A DNA stretch of 39,813 bases from Omnitrophica bacterium RIFOXYB12_FULL_50_7 (GCA_001804345.1 MHFU01000026.1:1-39813), one strand, 5' to 3'; positions 7,722 through 17,033 are shown, counted from the stretch's first letter. Notes: generated from the sequence alone by a model not told the origin. Translations and numbers: made by a program.

Positions 7722-9494
7722 TCAAGCGGGAAAGAAAACGGAAAAGCGGGAGCCCTGGCCGGGGGTGCTTTGGCAGGAGGCGTGGCCGTCATGCGCTTCC
7801 ATGATGTGCTTAACGATGGCCAGACCCAGCCCCGTTCCTCCAAGCTCCTTTGAACGCGCTTTATCCACACGAAAGAACCGTTCAAAAATACGGCCTTGGG
7901 TTCCTTCGGGAATGCCGATCCCTGTATCCTCGACTGTGATCGTGATACCCTCCGGTTTTTGATCTGCTGACAGAACGATCTTGCCTTCCGGTTTGTTGAA
8001 TTTGATTGCGTTGTCGAAGAGGTTCACAAAGACCTGATGGACCTTGTCCTTGTCGCCTGGGACGAGCAGAGGTTTCCCGGGAATGCGGTTCTCGACTATG
8101 AGTTTATTCTTTTCGACCCGGCCCTTGAATTGTTCCAGGACAAAGGACAGTTCGGAGGCAAGATCGATCCGGTCTTTTTTCATGAAATCTATTTTTTGCT
8201 CGATTTCGCCGATCGTTAAAATGTCTTCCACCAAACGGCCCAGCCGATCGGTTTCTTCCGCGATGATTTTCAGGAACCGCTCGCCTGCGGGAGGGTCTTT
8301 AAAAGCGCCGCCTAAAAGAGTTTCGACAAATCCTTTAATTGCGGTCAGCGGCGTGCGAAGCTCATGGGAAACATGGGTCACGAATTCCTTGCGGACATTT
8401 TCGAGACGGCGGAGTTCCGTCATATCATGAAAGACCAGGATGCCTTGGATGTCACGGGCGTGTTCCTTCAGGATCACCACACTTAAGCGGAGAGTCTTTC
8501 TTATTTCTCCAGAGATCTGGATCTCCTCAGAGGTGGTCTTCTGCTCCTTGAAAGCGTGATCCACAATCCTTTCGATTTGAGGATGCCTTGTGACCTCGAT
8601 CAGGCTTTTGCCATGGATATCGGAAGCAAGATATCCAAAAATCTTTTCTGCCATGGGGTTCATAATGACGATCTGTTTATGACGGTCAACGGCGATCACC
8701 CCTTCGTTCATATGATTCAAAATGACAGAGATCTTACCTTTTTCGCTTTCAAGGTCTTTGATCCTCGAACGAAGGGTTGCGGCCATTTGGTTCATGGTGT
8801 CCGCGAGCATTTTGAGTTCGTCACGGCCGTCCATCAAGATCTTCTCGGACCAGTCTTCCCGGGCGTAGCGTTCGGCCACAGAGGTAATACGGCGGATACG
8901 CTTGGTGAGATGGTTGCTGAAGAACATGCCGGCCATGAGGACGATCAGGATGCCGAGGAGTGCCGTGAACATAATGGGTCGGCGGACCGAGGCTAGGATC
9001 TCATCAACCCGCGTGATCGGCATCGCTGTGCGCACAACGCCAAGGACCTTTACGCGTTCCAGGATTGGGACCGCAATATAAAGCATCCGGGTTTCTAAGG
9101 TCATACTGTAGCGGATGCTCATGCCCGCTTCTTTTTTCAGGGCTGCCGCAACCTCGGGTCGCAACGCGTGATTTTCCATTTTGGAAAGTTGCTCCAGGTT
9201 TTCGCTCGAATCGGCGAGTACCGCGCCCTCGGGGTCAACGATCGTGACACGAACATCTGTTCCGGCGGCAATGGTTTTAATCTCTTTTTGGAGGCGTTTG
9301 TGATCACCTAAAAGGGGGATTGCCAGTTCGCGGATAAGGACGGATTGGCGGGTCAGGGACCTCTGGAGCTCTTGGAGGTCCCGCTTTTGAAGGAAATGGG
9401 AAAGTGTCCAATCAGTCACAAGCAGGACAAGGATGAAAGTGATGCTGTACAGCACGAGGAGACGTTTGGCAAAACCGAACTTTGGAAATTCCAT
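7722..9494 (-). CDS. phoR: Sensor histidine kinase, PhoR-like (two TM, periplasmic domain, HAMP, PAS, HisKA, HATPase)
   Basis: H-box VSHELRTPLTAIKG; N/G boxes FDNAIKF and DTGIGIP...GGTGLGLAIVK. ATG 9494 lies 1 nt after the phoB stop. Sits in the pst locus. Confidence 0.85.
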   Translation of the reverse strand: MEFPKFGFAKRLLVLYSITFILVLLVTDWTLSHFLQKRDLQELQRSLTRQSVLIRELAIPLLGDHKRLQKEIKTIAAGTDVRVTIVDPEGAVLADSSENLEQLSKMENHALRPEVAAALKKEAGMSIRYSMTLETRMLYIAVPILERVKVLGVVRTAMPITRVDEILASVRRPIMFTALLGILIVLMAGMFFSNHLTKRIRRITSVAERYAREDWSEKILMDGRDELKMLADTMNQMAATLRSRIKDLESEKGKISVILNHMNEGVIAVDRHKQIVIMNPMAEKIFGYLASDIHGKSLIEVTRHPQIERIVDHAFKEQKTTSEEIQISGEIRKTLRLSVVILKEHARDIQGILVFHDMTELRRLENVRKEFVTHVSHELRTPLTAIKGFVETLLGGAFKDPPAGERFLKIIAEETDRLGRLVEDILTIGEIEQKIDFMKKDRIDLASELSFVLEQFKGRVEKNKLIVENRIPGKPLLVPGDKDKVHQVFVNLFDNAIKFNKPEGKIVLSADQKPEGITITVEDTGIGIPEGTQGRIFERFFRVDKARSKELGGTGLGLAIVKHIMEAHDGHASCQSTPGQGSRFSVFFPA

Positions 9495-9495
9495 T

Positions 9496-10185
9496 TTACT
9501 CTCCGTCGAAACGGTAGCCAACACTTTTGACCGTGACGATCCGTTCGGCTTCCTTTCCGAGCTTTTTCCGTAATTGTCCGATGTGCATGTCGACGGTGCG
9601 TGTTTCGATATTCATGAAATTCTCATAACCCCAGACCTTTGATAAAAGAACCTCGCGGGTGAGCACTCTTCTCTTGGAATTCATGAGGAGGCCCAAGAGT
9701 TCAAACTCTTTAGCGGTGATCTCCACGGGTTTCCCCTTTAAACGCAGCTCGTGCTTTGTCACATCCAGCTCAATCGTTCCGGACTTCAAGATCTCTTCCG
9801 CGGGCTTTCCTTGAGAGCGCCTAAGGACGGCTTTGATGCGGGCTACGAGCTCCCGGGGGCTGAAGGGTTTCGTGATGTAATCATCGGCGCCGAGTTCGAG
9901 ACCCACAACCTTGTCAGATTCTGTGCCTTTGGCTGTAAGCATGATGATGGGGATTAGGCGTGTTTTTTCGTTCTGCTTGAGGGTTTGGCAAATCTCAAGG
10001 CCGCTCATTTCGGGAAGCATGAGGTCGAGGAGCACAAGCGCCGGTCTTTCTTTAAGGGCCATTTCAAGACCTGCGGGGCCTTTGCTTGCGATGAGGACGC
10101 GAAAACCTTCCTGCTCGAGGTTGTATTTTACAAGCTCGGCAATGTTCTTTTCGTCTTCAATGAAGAGGATCGTTTGATTTGCCAT
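9496..10185 (-). CDS. phoB: OmpR/PhoB-family response regulator
   Basis: Receiver domain (LLDLMLPEMSG, acceptor Asp) plus a winged-helix C-terminus (TVDMHIGQLRKKL...VGYRF). Adjacent to phoR and the pst genes. Confidence 0.88.
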   Translation of the reverse strand: MANQTILFIEDEKNIAELVKYNLEQEGFRVLIASKGPAGLEMALKERPALVLLDLMLPEMSGLEICQTLKQNEKTRLIPIIMLTAKGTESDKVVGLELGADDYITKPFSPRELVARIKAVLRRSQGKPAEEILKSGTIELDVTKHELRLKGKPVEITAKEFELLGLLMNSKRRVLTREVLLSKVWGYENFMNIETRTVDMHIGQLRKKLGKEAERIVTVKSVGYRFDGE

Positions 10186-10245
10186 AAAGTCTCAGCGGCG
10201 GCATTCTACCATAACAAGATGGGGCGCAGAAGTTCCAAAGGTAAT

Positions 10246-10263
10246 CTTTACACACTCTTTACA
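10246..10263 (+). promoter_or_regulatory. Candidate Pho box: two CTTTACA direct repeats at 11-bp spacing
   Basis: CTTTACA-CACT-CTTTACA in the phoB/porin divergent intergenic region. Has the 7+4+7 architecture of Pho boxes; the core equals the Bacillus PhoP TT(A/T/C)ACA repeat. Confidence 0.55.
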
Positions 10264-10351
10264 TTTCCATCACGAGGACCTGACAAGAGTTTTCTATACT
10301 TCCAGCATGATAACAAAACGAATTCCATTCAACTGGAGGAGAAACAAGCTT

Positions 10352-11878
10352 ATGAAACACTACCCTTTCACAAAATTGGCGAGCATTTTTGTCGTATGCT
10401 TTTTGACTTTCACGTCCTCGGTGTTCGCGAGTGATGCTGAACTCATGGCCTTGGTCCAGAACATGCAGAAGCAGATGAACGAGCTGCAGACGATTGTCAT
10501 GGCGCAGAAAGCCGAGCTCCAGGCGCTCAAAACGAGCGGTGGTGGAAAGATAGCCATGGTTCCTAGCAGTGTGGAAGCCATTCCTCCGATGAGTGAAGCG
10601 GAATTTACCCAGCGTTTGAGTGATTCGACCGGCGGCGCCAACAAATGGCTCAAGGATCTCAAGCTCAGCGGTGACATCCGTCTGAGGTACGAAGCATTTG
10701 GTTTACATGGAAATCCTAATTCTAATCCTACGTCGACTACGGCTGGTTATCAGGACGCCAGGAATCGCTTTCGGATCCGTCTGCGTTATGGATTTGAAAA
10801 AACGTTCAATCCTGAAATGAAGGTCGGTTTTTCAATGGCCACCGGTGACAAAACCACCAATGGTTATAACACGGACCCTATTTCCACTAATCAGAGCATG
10901 ACCAATGATTTCAACTTTAAGAATATCTGGGTTGAGAAGGCCTACGCGACTTACACGCCTGAATGGGCGAAGGTAGGTCTTGGCGCAGGTATGGAAATCT
11001 CGGGGTTCGAGGTCACTGCCGGGAAATTCAACAATCCTTTTGAAAAAGGATCCACCGATATGATTTGGGACCGGGATCTGAAACCGGAAGGGGTCTATGA
11101 AAAGGTCGATCTCAAGCTTCTGGATACCGAGAACTTCGATCTGAAGGCCTACCTTCTTTCGATGCAGTCCGTTCTTATGGAAACGGGCAATTCCTCCACG
11201 GCTACGTCCAACAAAGATGCAAACCTTTTCGCGTATCAGGCCGGTTTGAATCCTGTTTTTTATATTCCGGGGATGGAGAGACCGGTGGATGCACTTTCAG
11301 CGATTTCAGTCTACAACTACCAAAATTATGATAATAACAGCAATTGGCAAATTGCTAGCGTGAGCCAGGCTAATGGCAACCCTTCCTACAATACGAACCA
11401 ATTGTCGGCAAAGGGTTTTAATATTCTGAGTTTCTATCAGGAGGTTAATTTTTATCCTCACGGGATTCCCGTGAAGCCGTTCGCGGAATTCGCGCGTAAC
11501 ATGAGCAATACGTCCGGGTTTTCATCCGCAACTCAAAATAACTCGATGCAAGGCGGCGCGGATGCCTGGTCGTTGGGCCTTACGCTCGGGAAACTCGTAA
11601 AAAAGAGAGATTGGCAGGGGAGCTATCAATACAAGTATATCGGCGCGAACTCCGTGGTTGGCGCTTTTAACGATAGCGACTTTGGAGGTTATAACTACGG
11701 TGGCACCGATAAGGCCGGGAGCGTCATCAAGTTGGGGTATAACCTTACGGATTATCTGACTTTGAACGGCGCGTGCTTCCTGGTGCGGCCGATCACTCAG
11801 AGGGATACCACGGCCAACGGTATGCAGGTGGACCAGTCGGTTCGCCGGTTTCAAATCGATATGACGTACAAGTTTTAA
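10352..11878 (+). CDS. Outer-membrane porin-like beta-barrel with an N-terminal coiled coil (putative phosphate-regulated porin)
   Basis: GGAGGA SD before ATG 10352. Signal peptide ...SSVFA/SD, then a heptad-like segment ELMALVQNMQKQMNELQ. Alternating beta-strand-like sequence. C-terminal ...MTYKF aromatic OMP signature. A Pho box lies upstream. Confidence 0.65.
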   Translation: MKHYPFTKLASIFVVCFLTFTSSVFASDAELMALVQNMQKQMNELQTIVMAQKAELQALKTSGGGKIAMVPSSVEAIPPMSEAEFTQRLSDSTGGANKWLKDLKLSGDIRLRYEAFGLHGNPNSNPTSTTAGYQDARNRFRIRLRYGFEKTFNPEMKVGFSMATGDKTTNGYNTDPISTNQSMTNDFNFKNIWVEKAYATYTPEWAKVGLGAGMEISGFEVTAGKFNNPFEKGSTDMIWDRDLKPEGVYEKVDLKLLDTENFDLKAYLLSMQSVLMETGNSSTATSNKDANLFAYQAGLNPVFYIPGMERPVDALSAISVYNYQNYDNNSNWQIASVSQANGNPSYNTNQLSAKGFNILSFYQEVNFYPHGIPVKPFAEFARNMSNTSGFSSATQNNSMQGGADAWSLGLTLGKLVKKRDWQGSYQYKYIGANSVVGAFNDSDFGGYNYGGTDKAGSVIKLGYNLTDYLTLNGACFLVRPITQRDTTANGMQVDQSVRRFQIDMTYKF

Positions 11879-11880
11879 GA

Positions 11881-11898
11881 TTTTACATCGACTTTACA
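11881..11898 (+). promoter_or_regulatory. Candidate Pho box upstream of pstS
   Basis: TTTTACA-TCGA-CTTTACA, the same 11-bp-spaced repeat as at 10246. TAGAAT -10-like hexamer at 11920-11925. Confidence 0.6.
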
Positions 11899-11954
11899 TC
11901 CACCGGAACCGGGCCCTTGTAGAATAGAGCCCATTATAAAAGAGGGGGTTTGAG

Positions 11955-12824
11955 ATGCAGACCAAGCGGTTGTTTAAAGGGATGATGATGGCATTCGGCA
12001 TCTTTTGCGTCGGGATCTTGCCAGTCCATGCGAAGGAAAAGATGATCCAGATCAAAGGGTCGGACACGATCGTGAATTTGAGTCAGGCGTGGGCTGAGGA
12101 ATTTATGACGGAAAAACCTAATGTCAGTATTGCGGTGACGGGCGGTGGTTCCGGTACCGGGATCGCGGCGTTGATCAATGGGACTACCGATATCGCCAAT
12201 TCGAGCCGCAAGATCAAGAAGAAGGAGCTCGATGACGCGCAGAAGGGCGGGTACTATCCGGAAGAATTCAAAGTGGCAGTCGACGCGCTCGCGGTGATTG
12301 TGAACCCGGCGAACTCCGTCAAGGAACTGACGATCGACCAACTCTCCGGTATTTTTACTGGCAAAATCACAAACTGGAACGAAGTCGGTGGAAAGAACGA
12401 GAAGATCCTGGTTCTCTCTCGCGACCGGAATTCCGGAACGCACATGTATTTCCTGGAGCAAGTGTTGAGGAAAGGAAATGAAAAGGGTCCGGAGCAGTTC
12501 GCGCCGTCGGTCTTGATGTTGCCGTCCTCGGAGGCGATCATTAATGAAACCTCGACAAGCGAAAGCGCCATTGGTTACGACGGCCTTGGTTACGTGTCCG
12601 CGAAGGTCAAAACCCTCGCGGTCGCGAAGAAAAACGGAGACGCCTTCGTACTGCCTTCCAAAGAGACTGCGATGAATAAGAGCTATCCGATCTGGCGTTT
12701 CCTCTACATGTATACTGGCTTCAAACCCAGGGGAGAGATCAAGGCGTTCATTGATTTTGTGTTGAGCGGAAAAGGCCAGAAGATCGTGGACGCGATGGAC
12801 TTTGTCCCGTTGGGCGAGAAGTAG
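11955..12824 (+). CDS. pstS: Phosphate ABC transporter substrate-binding protein PstS
   Basis: Signal peptide. GSDT...VTGGGSGTGIAALINGTTDIANSSR motif of the PstS/PBP-like family. Lies in the pst operon. Confidence 0.92.
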   Translation: MQTKRLFKGMMMAFGIFCVGILPVHAKEKMIQIKGSDTIVNLSQAWAEEFMTEKPNVSIAVTGGGSGTGIAALINGTTDIANSSRKIKKKELDDAQKGGYYPEEFKVAVDALAVIVNPANSVKELTIDQLSGIFTGKITNWNEVGGKNEKILVLSRDRNSGTHMYFLEQVLRKGNEKGPEQFAPSVLMLPSSEAIINETSTSESAIGYDGLGYVSAKVKTLAVAKKNGDAFVLPSKETAMNKSYPIWRFLYMYTGFKPRGEIKAFIDFVLSGKGQKIVDAMDFVPLGEK

Positions 12825-12858
12825 CCCTTAATAAGGATGTGCTAGTTTCAATTATTTT

Positions 12859-12941
12859 CCTTCTCTCCAGGGGAGAAGGTTAGGATGAGGGGACGAAGTA
12901 ATTCTACCCCCTCACCCTGGCCCTCTCCCGAAGGGCGAGGG
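12859..12941 (+). repeat. Cluster of three overlapping, mutually exclusive hairpins in the pstS-pstC spacer
   Basis: Long stem GGGAGAAGGTTAGGATGAGGGG (12871-12892) with CCCCCTCACCCTGGCCCTCTCCC (12907-12929). Alternative short stems at 12859-12879 and 12921-12941. Confidence 0.6.
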
Positions 12942-12949
12942 AAACGGCG

Positions 12950-13855
12950 TTGAAGTCAGGCAATTTACGGGATGACAAGGACCAATTTGTGAGAAAAATC
13001 ATGGAATTTTTCATTGAAAAAGCCATTCTCCTGAATGGTTTTGCGTGTATCCTCTTTGTCATTCTGATCTTTTTCTTTTTGGCCAAAGACGGGCTTGCGC
13101 TTTTCAAATTCGTTACGATCCAAGACTTTCTCTTCGGAACTTTATGGAACCCGCTCGCCGAGCCGCCCCAATTTGGGATATTGCCTCTTTTCCTCGGGTC
13201 CCTGATCGTGACGCTCGGAGCGACGATCATTTCTGTACCACTTGGAATGGCCTGCGCGATCTTCATCGGGGAGATCGCGCCTCGCTGGATGCGCGAAACT
13301 TTGAAAGCGGGCGTCGAACTTCTTGCCGCAATTCCGAGCATTGTGATCGGTTTTATCGGAATGACCATGCTGGGACCCGTTGTAAAAAACCTGTTTCATC
13401 TCCCGACAGGTCTCACCGCGCTCACGGGGGCTCTTGCGCTCGCGTTTATGGCCATTCCCACGATTGTAAGCATTATGGAAGATGCGATCAGTTCGGTTCC
13501 ACGGATCTACAAGGAAGGCTCCCTGGCGCTGGGGGCCACTCATTGGCAAACGATCTATCGGGTTATTATTCCGGCGGCTTCCTCAGGGATCGTGGCTGCA
13601 GTTATGCTTGGGATCGGGCGCGTCATTGGTGAGACTATGGCTGTCATGATGTTGACAGGCAATGCTTCGGTTATTCCCAAAACGATCCTAGCGCCCGTGA
13701 GAACAATGACTGCCACCATCGCTGCCGAAATGGGCGAGACGGTGCGCGGGAGCGAACACTATTTCGCGCTTTTCGCGCTAGGACTGGTTCTTTTTGTGAT
13801 CACTTTTTTCATTAACCTTGTCGCGGATGCGGCCCTTCACCGGAAACAAAAATGA
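12950..13855 (+). CDS. pstC: Phosphate ABC transporter permease PstC
   Basis: Six-TM permease with the EAA-like loop region. Synteny supports the call. Start is uncertain (TTG 12950 or ATG 13001). Confidence 0.9.
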   Translation: MKSGNLRDDKDQFVRKIMEFFIEKAILLNGFACILFVILIFFFLAKDGLALFKFVTIQDFLFGTLWNPLAEPPQFGILPLFLGSLIVTLGATIISVPLGMACAIFIGEIAPRWMRETLKAGVELLAAIPSIVIGFIGMTMLGPVVKNLFHLPTGLTALTGALALAFMAIPTIVSIMEDAISSVPRIYKEGSLALGATHWQTIYRVIIPAASSGIVAAVMLGIGRVIGETMAVMMLTGNASVIPKTILAPVRTMTATIAAEMGETVRGSEHYFALFALGLVLFVITFFINLVADAALHRKQK

Positions 13856-14727
13856 AAATCCGCGCGAAGTCGCACTTAAAAATATCCACACAAACCCAAC
13901 AAAAGATCGCCTTCACGTTCCTCGGGATCGCATCGATCCTTGTGATCGTCCCCGTGATCGTGATTTTTGTGATTCTGATCCAGAAGGGTCTTCCCGCGAT
14001 CAACTGGCAATTTCTAACGGCTATGCCGCGCATGGGGATGCGCGCCGGAGGGATTTTTCCGGCTATTATGGGGACTCTGTATCTGGTGTCTGGCACCATC
14101 GTGGTGGCGTTGCCTCTGGGCGTTTTGGCCGCGATCTATCTTGTAGAATATGCACGTCAGAATTTTCTGACCCGCATGATCGAAGTCGCCATCGTCAATC
14201 TCGCCGGCGTGCCCTCGGTTGTTTACGGGCTTTTCGGAATGGGACTTTTTGTGATCTATCTTAAGCTTGGCGTCTCGATCATCGCGGGGGCACTCACGCT
14301 TGCCATCATGATCCTCCCGGTTATCATCACTTCTTCGAAGGAGGCACTTCAAAGCGTGCCACGCTCGTTCCGTGAAGCGAGTCTCGCACTGGGTGTCAGT
14401 AAATGGCAAACCATTTGCTGCGTGGTCCTACCCAATGCGCTTCCCGGGATCCTGACGGGGACCATTCTTGGGATCAGCCGCGCGGCGGGGGAAACAGCCC
14501 CCATTCTTTTCACGGTCGCGGCGTTTTATCTGCCGAGGCTTCCGAAATCAATTTTTGATCAGTGTATGGCACTGCCTTATCATCTTTATGTGCTCTCTAC
14601 GCAAGTACCGAACGTAAATCCCAAGATCCAATACGGGACGGCACTAGTGCTCGTAGGTATAGTCTTTTTACTAAACCTTGTTGCCATTATTGTCCGTTCT
14701 CATATCCGGAGCAAAAAACAATGGTAG
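13852..14727 (+). CDS. pstA: Phosphate ABC transporter permease PstA
   Basis: ATGA overlap with the pstC stop. Permease motif EASLALGVSKWQT...AAGETAP. Confidence 0.9.
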   Translation: MKIRAKSHLKISTQTQQKIAFTFLGIASILVIVPVIVIFVILIQKGLPAINWQFLTAMPRMGMRAGGIFPAIMGTLYLVSGTIVVALPLGVLAAIYLVEYARQNFLTRMIEVAIVNLAGVPSVVYGLFGMGLFVIYLKLGVSIIAGALTLAIMILPVIITSSKEALQSVPRSFREASLALGVSKWQTICCVVLPNALPGILTGTILGISRAAGETAPILFTVAAFYLPRLPKSIFDQCMALPYHLYVLSTQVPNVNPKIQYGTALVLVGIVFLLNLVAIIVRSHIRSKKQW

Positions 14728-15473
14728 AGAAGATCATTATTGAAAATCTCTGTATCGATTATGGGGGTGTTCACGCTCTCAAGAACGTGAGCCTTTCCGT
14801 CAAAGAGCATGAGATTCTTGGCATCATCGGACCCGCCAACAGCGGCAAAACTTCTTTTCTTAGGGCTCTCAACCGCTTGAACGATCTGGATCTGTCTTCG
14901 CATCTGAGCGGTTCGATCTACTTGAACGGGAAGGAGATCAACCGCGAAATGGACGCTGAAGAAGTTCGCAAGAAAGTGACCATGGTTTTTGCGCTCCCGA
15001 TCCCGCTGCCTATGTCGATCTTTGATAATGTTGCTTATGGTCCAAGGCGCCACGGCACCAAGGATAGGAAAAGGCTTGCGGAGATCGTGGAAAAAAGTCT
15101 CAAGGCAGGTTTTTTATGGGACGAGGTCAAAGACCGGCTGTCCTCTTCAGCCATGAAACTTTCCGGAGGTCAACAGCAGCGTCTGTGTATCGCCCGTACG
15201 CTGGCGGTGGAACCGGAAGTTATTTTGTATGACGAACCCTGCTCGGGGCTGGATCCTATTTCTACCGCGAAGGTCGAAGATGCTATGCGTGAACTTAAAA
15301 GTCGTTACACCCAGATCCTTGTGACCAATAACGTAAAGCAAGCCGCGCGGGTGGGAGACCGGGTCGCTTTTTTTCTGATGGGTGAACTCGTCGAGATCGA
15401 TGAAGCTAACCGGATTTTTACCGCGCCCAAAGATAAACGGACCAATGATTATCTGACGGGAAGGTTTGGGTGA
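14721..15473 (+). CDS. pstB: Divergent PstB-like ATPase (PstB1): intact LSGGQ, degenerate Q-loop and H-loop
   Basis: ATG 14721 overlaps the pstA stop (ATGGTAG). Walker A GPANSGKT, signature [13 protein letters not shown], Walker B ILYDEP. MVFA replaces MVFQ and VTNN replaces VTHN. C-terminal YLTGRFG. Confidence 0.85.
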   Translation: MVEKIIIENLCIDYGGVHALKNVSLSVKEHEILGIIGPANSGKTSFLRALNRLNDLDLSSHLSGSIYLNGKEINREMDAEEVRKKVTMVFALPIPLPMSIFDNVAYGPRRHGTKDRKRLAEIVEKSLKAGFLWDEVKDRLSSSAMKLSGGQQQRLCIARTLAVEPEVILYDEPCSGLDPISTAKVEDAMRELKSRYTQILVTNNVKQAARVGDRVAFFLMGELVEIDEANRIFTAPKDKRTNDYLTGRFG

Positions 15474-15477
15474 TACG

Positions 15478-16230
15478 ATGAGCAAGATCGAGACAAGAGG
15501 ACTCAGCCTTTTTTATGGAAATTTTCAGGCCTTGATCGATGTCAATGTCCAGATCAAAGAAAAAATGATCACAGCTTTGATTGGACCCTCGGGATGCGGG
15601 AAATCCACGTTTCTCAGAACACTGAATCGCATGAACGACCTAATCGATGGGATCCGGATCACCGGAGAAGTCCTGATCGACGGCGAGAACATTTATGGGA
15701 ACCGGACGGATCTTGTCCTGCTACGGAAAAAGGTCGGGATGGTGTTCCAGCGCCCCAATTCTTTTCCCCTCTCAGTTTTTGACAATGTTGCGTATGGACC
15801 CCGGATACACGGAAGCAAAAATAAGGCCGAGCTCGAAGATATCGTTGAAGAATCCCTGCGCCATGTCGAGTTGTGGGATATCCTTAAGGACAAACTAGAC
15901 CATTCCGCGCTCAATCTCTCCCTGGAACAGCAGCAGCGCCTCTGCATTGCGAGGCTTGTGGCTGTGACGCCTGAGGTTGTACTGATGGACGAACCTTGCT
16001 CGGCCCTGGATCCTGTCGCGACTTCGAAGGTCGAAGAGCTCATGGCGGAGCTTAAAAAACAATATACGATCTTGATCGTGACTCATAATATGCAACAGGC
16101 GGCGCGCGTTTCTGACCGGACGGGTTTCATGCTGCTTGGAAAGTTGTTGGAATATGGTGAGACTCGCCAGGTTTTTACAAATCCAAAAGAAAAGAAGACA
16201 GAAGAATATATTACCGGAAGATACGGCTAA
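15478..16230 (+). CDS. pstB: PstB ATPase (PstB2): canonical Walker A, Q-loop and H-loop, degenerate signature motif
   Basis: [22 protein letters not shown] and [11 protein letters not shown] are all canonical. The signature reads LSLEQQQRL instead of [10 protein letters not shown]-terminal YITGRYG. Confidence 0.9.
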   Translation: MSKIETRGLSLFYGNFQALIDVNVQIKEKMITALIGPSGCGKSTFLRTLNRMNDLIDGIRITGEVLIDGENIYGNRTDLVLLRKKVGMVFQRPNSFPLSVFDNVAYGPRIHGSKNKAELEDIVEESLRHVELWDILKDKLDHSALNLSLEQQQRLCIARLVAVTPEVVLMDEPCSALDPVATSKVEELMAELKKQYTILIVTHNMQQAARVSDRTGFMLLGKLLEYGETRQVFTNPKEKKTEEYITGRYG

Positions 16231-16237
16231 AAAACGA

Positions 16238-16316
16238 TTAGGGCATAGGGTTTAGGGTATAGAAAAGTTTCTTGTTTTGAAACAGGTTTTTCTATCCCCT
16301 ATGGCCTATCCCCTAA
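16238..16316 (+). repeat. Long imperfect hairpin (TAGGG / CCCTA words) between pstB2 and phoU
   Basis: 16238-16266 pairs with 16288-16316 in runs of 6, 5, 5 and 8 bp. Apical stem CTTGTT/AACAGG. The phoU SD AGGAGG (16322-16327) follows immediately. Confidence 0.6.
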
Positions 16317-16331
16317 ACCCTAGGAGGATTC

Positions 16332-16994
16332 ATGGAAAGACATTTTGCCGAGGAATTAAAGACGCTCAAACAAAAATTGTTCCAGATGGGGTTGTTGGTC
16401 GAAGGAGCGATCGAAAAATCATTTGAGGCTCTTTCAGAACGCTCTGAGGATCGCGTCAAATCCGTCTTCGAGGATGAAGAGACCATCAACTCACTTGAGA
16501 TCGAGATCGATGAAAAAGGTCATACTCTGTTTGCATTAGTCCAACCCATGGCCGGGGATCTCCGACTTCTGACGATGATCCTCAAGATCAATACGGATCT
16601 TGAGCGGATGGGAGATCATGCGGTCAATATTGCGGAAAAAAGCCAATATCTTTTCGGTCAGCCGCCGCTCAAGCTGGATATTCCGATGGCGGACATGGCG
16701 CGAGCCACGCAGAAGATGGTCCGGGATGCGCTTGATTGTTTCATGAACGAAAATGTGGAGCTTGCGCGGAAGGTCCTGCAAAGCGACGACAAGATCGATG
16801 ACTACAATGATAGAATCTATCAGGACATGGCTGCGCTTATGGAAAAGGAGCCTTCGTCCGTTCACCGCGCTCTATGCTATGTGATGATCAGTCGTAACCT
16901 CGAACGTATCGCCGATCTCGCGAACAACATTGCCGAAGACACGATCTACCTGAAGCAGGGCAAGGAAGTCCGCCACCACTTCGAGACAACTTGA
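16332..16994 (+). CDS. phoU: Phosphate signalling complex protein PhoU
   Basis: 220 aa. Two PhoU repeats with the E(D)xxERxxD-type motifs (DLERMGDHAVNIAE and NLERIADLANNIAE). Confidence 0.92.
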   Translation: MERHFAEELKTLKQKLFQMGLLVEGAIEKSFEALSERSEDRVKSVFEDEETINSLEIEIDEKGHTLFALVQPMAGDLRLLTMILKINTDLERMGDHAVNIAEKSQYLFGQPPLKLDIPMADMARATQKMVRDALDCFMNENVELARKVLQSDDKIDDYNDRIYQDMAALMEKEPSSVHRALCYVMISRNLERIADLANNIAEDTIYLKQGKEVRHHFETT

Positions 16995-16995
16995 T

Positions 16996-17033
16996 CCCGC
17001 GCCCGAGGGCGTTCCCTGCGGGCGTTCTTTTTT
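16996..17033 (+). terminator. Candidate intrinsic terminator after phoU
   Basis: CCCGC (16996-17000) pairs with GCGGG (17018-17022). The duplicated GGGCGTTC word and a TTCTTTTTT tail follow. Confidence 0.5.

Noticed and set aside
7253-7885. 210-aa minus-strand ORF, with 171-aa and 100-aa alternative-frame ORFs nearby
   Set aside because: They overlap the DUF2203 gene and the phoR 3' end. The composition is low-complexity (Ala/Pro/Arg), there is no SD and no motif.
13045-13632. 195-aa + strand ORF in an alternative frame of pstC
   Set aside because: The pstC frame gives a clean polytopic permease. The alternative frame is Arg/His/Asp-rich and implausible.
16241-16257. Telomere-like GGGTTTAGGG / G-quadruplex motif
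   Set aside because: Only three G-runs lie on the + strand, and the sequence is fully explained as one arm of the 16238-16316 hairpin. The resemblance to TTTAGGG repeats is judged coincidental.
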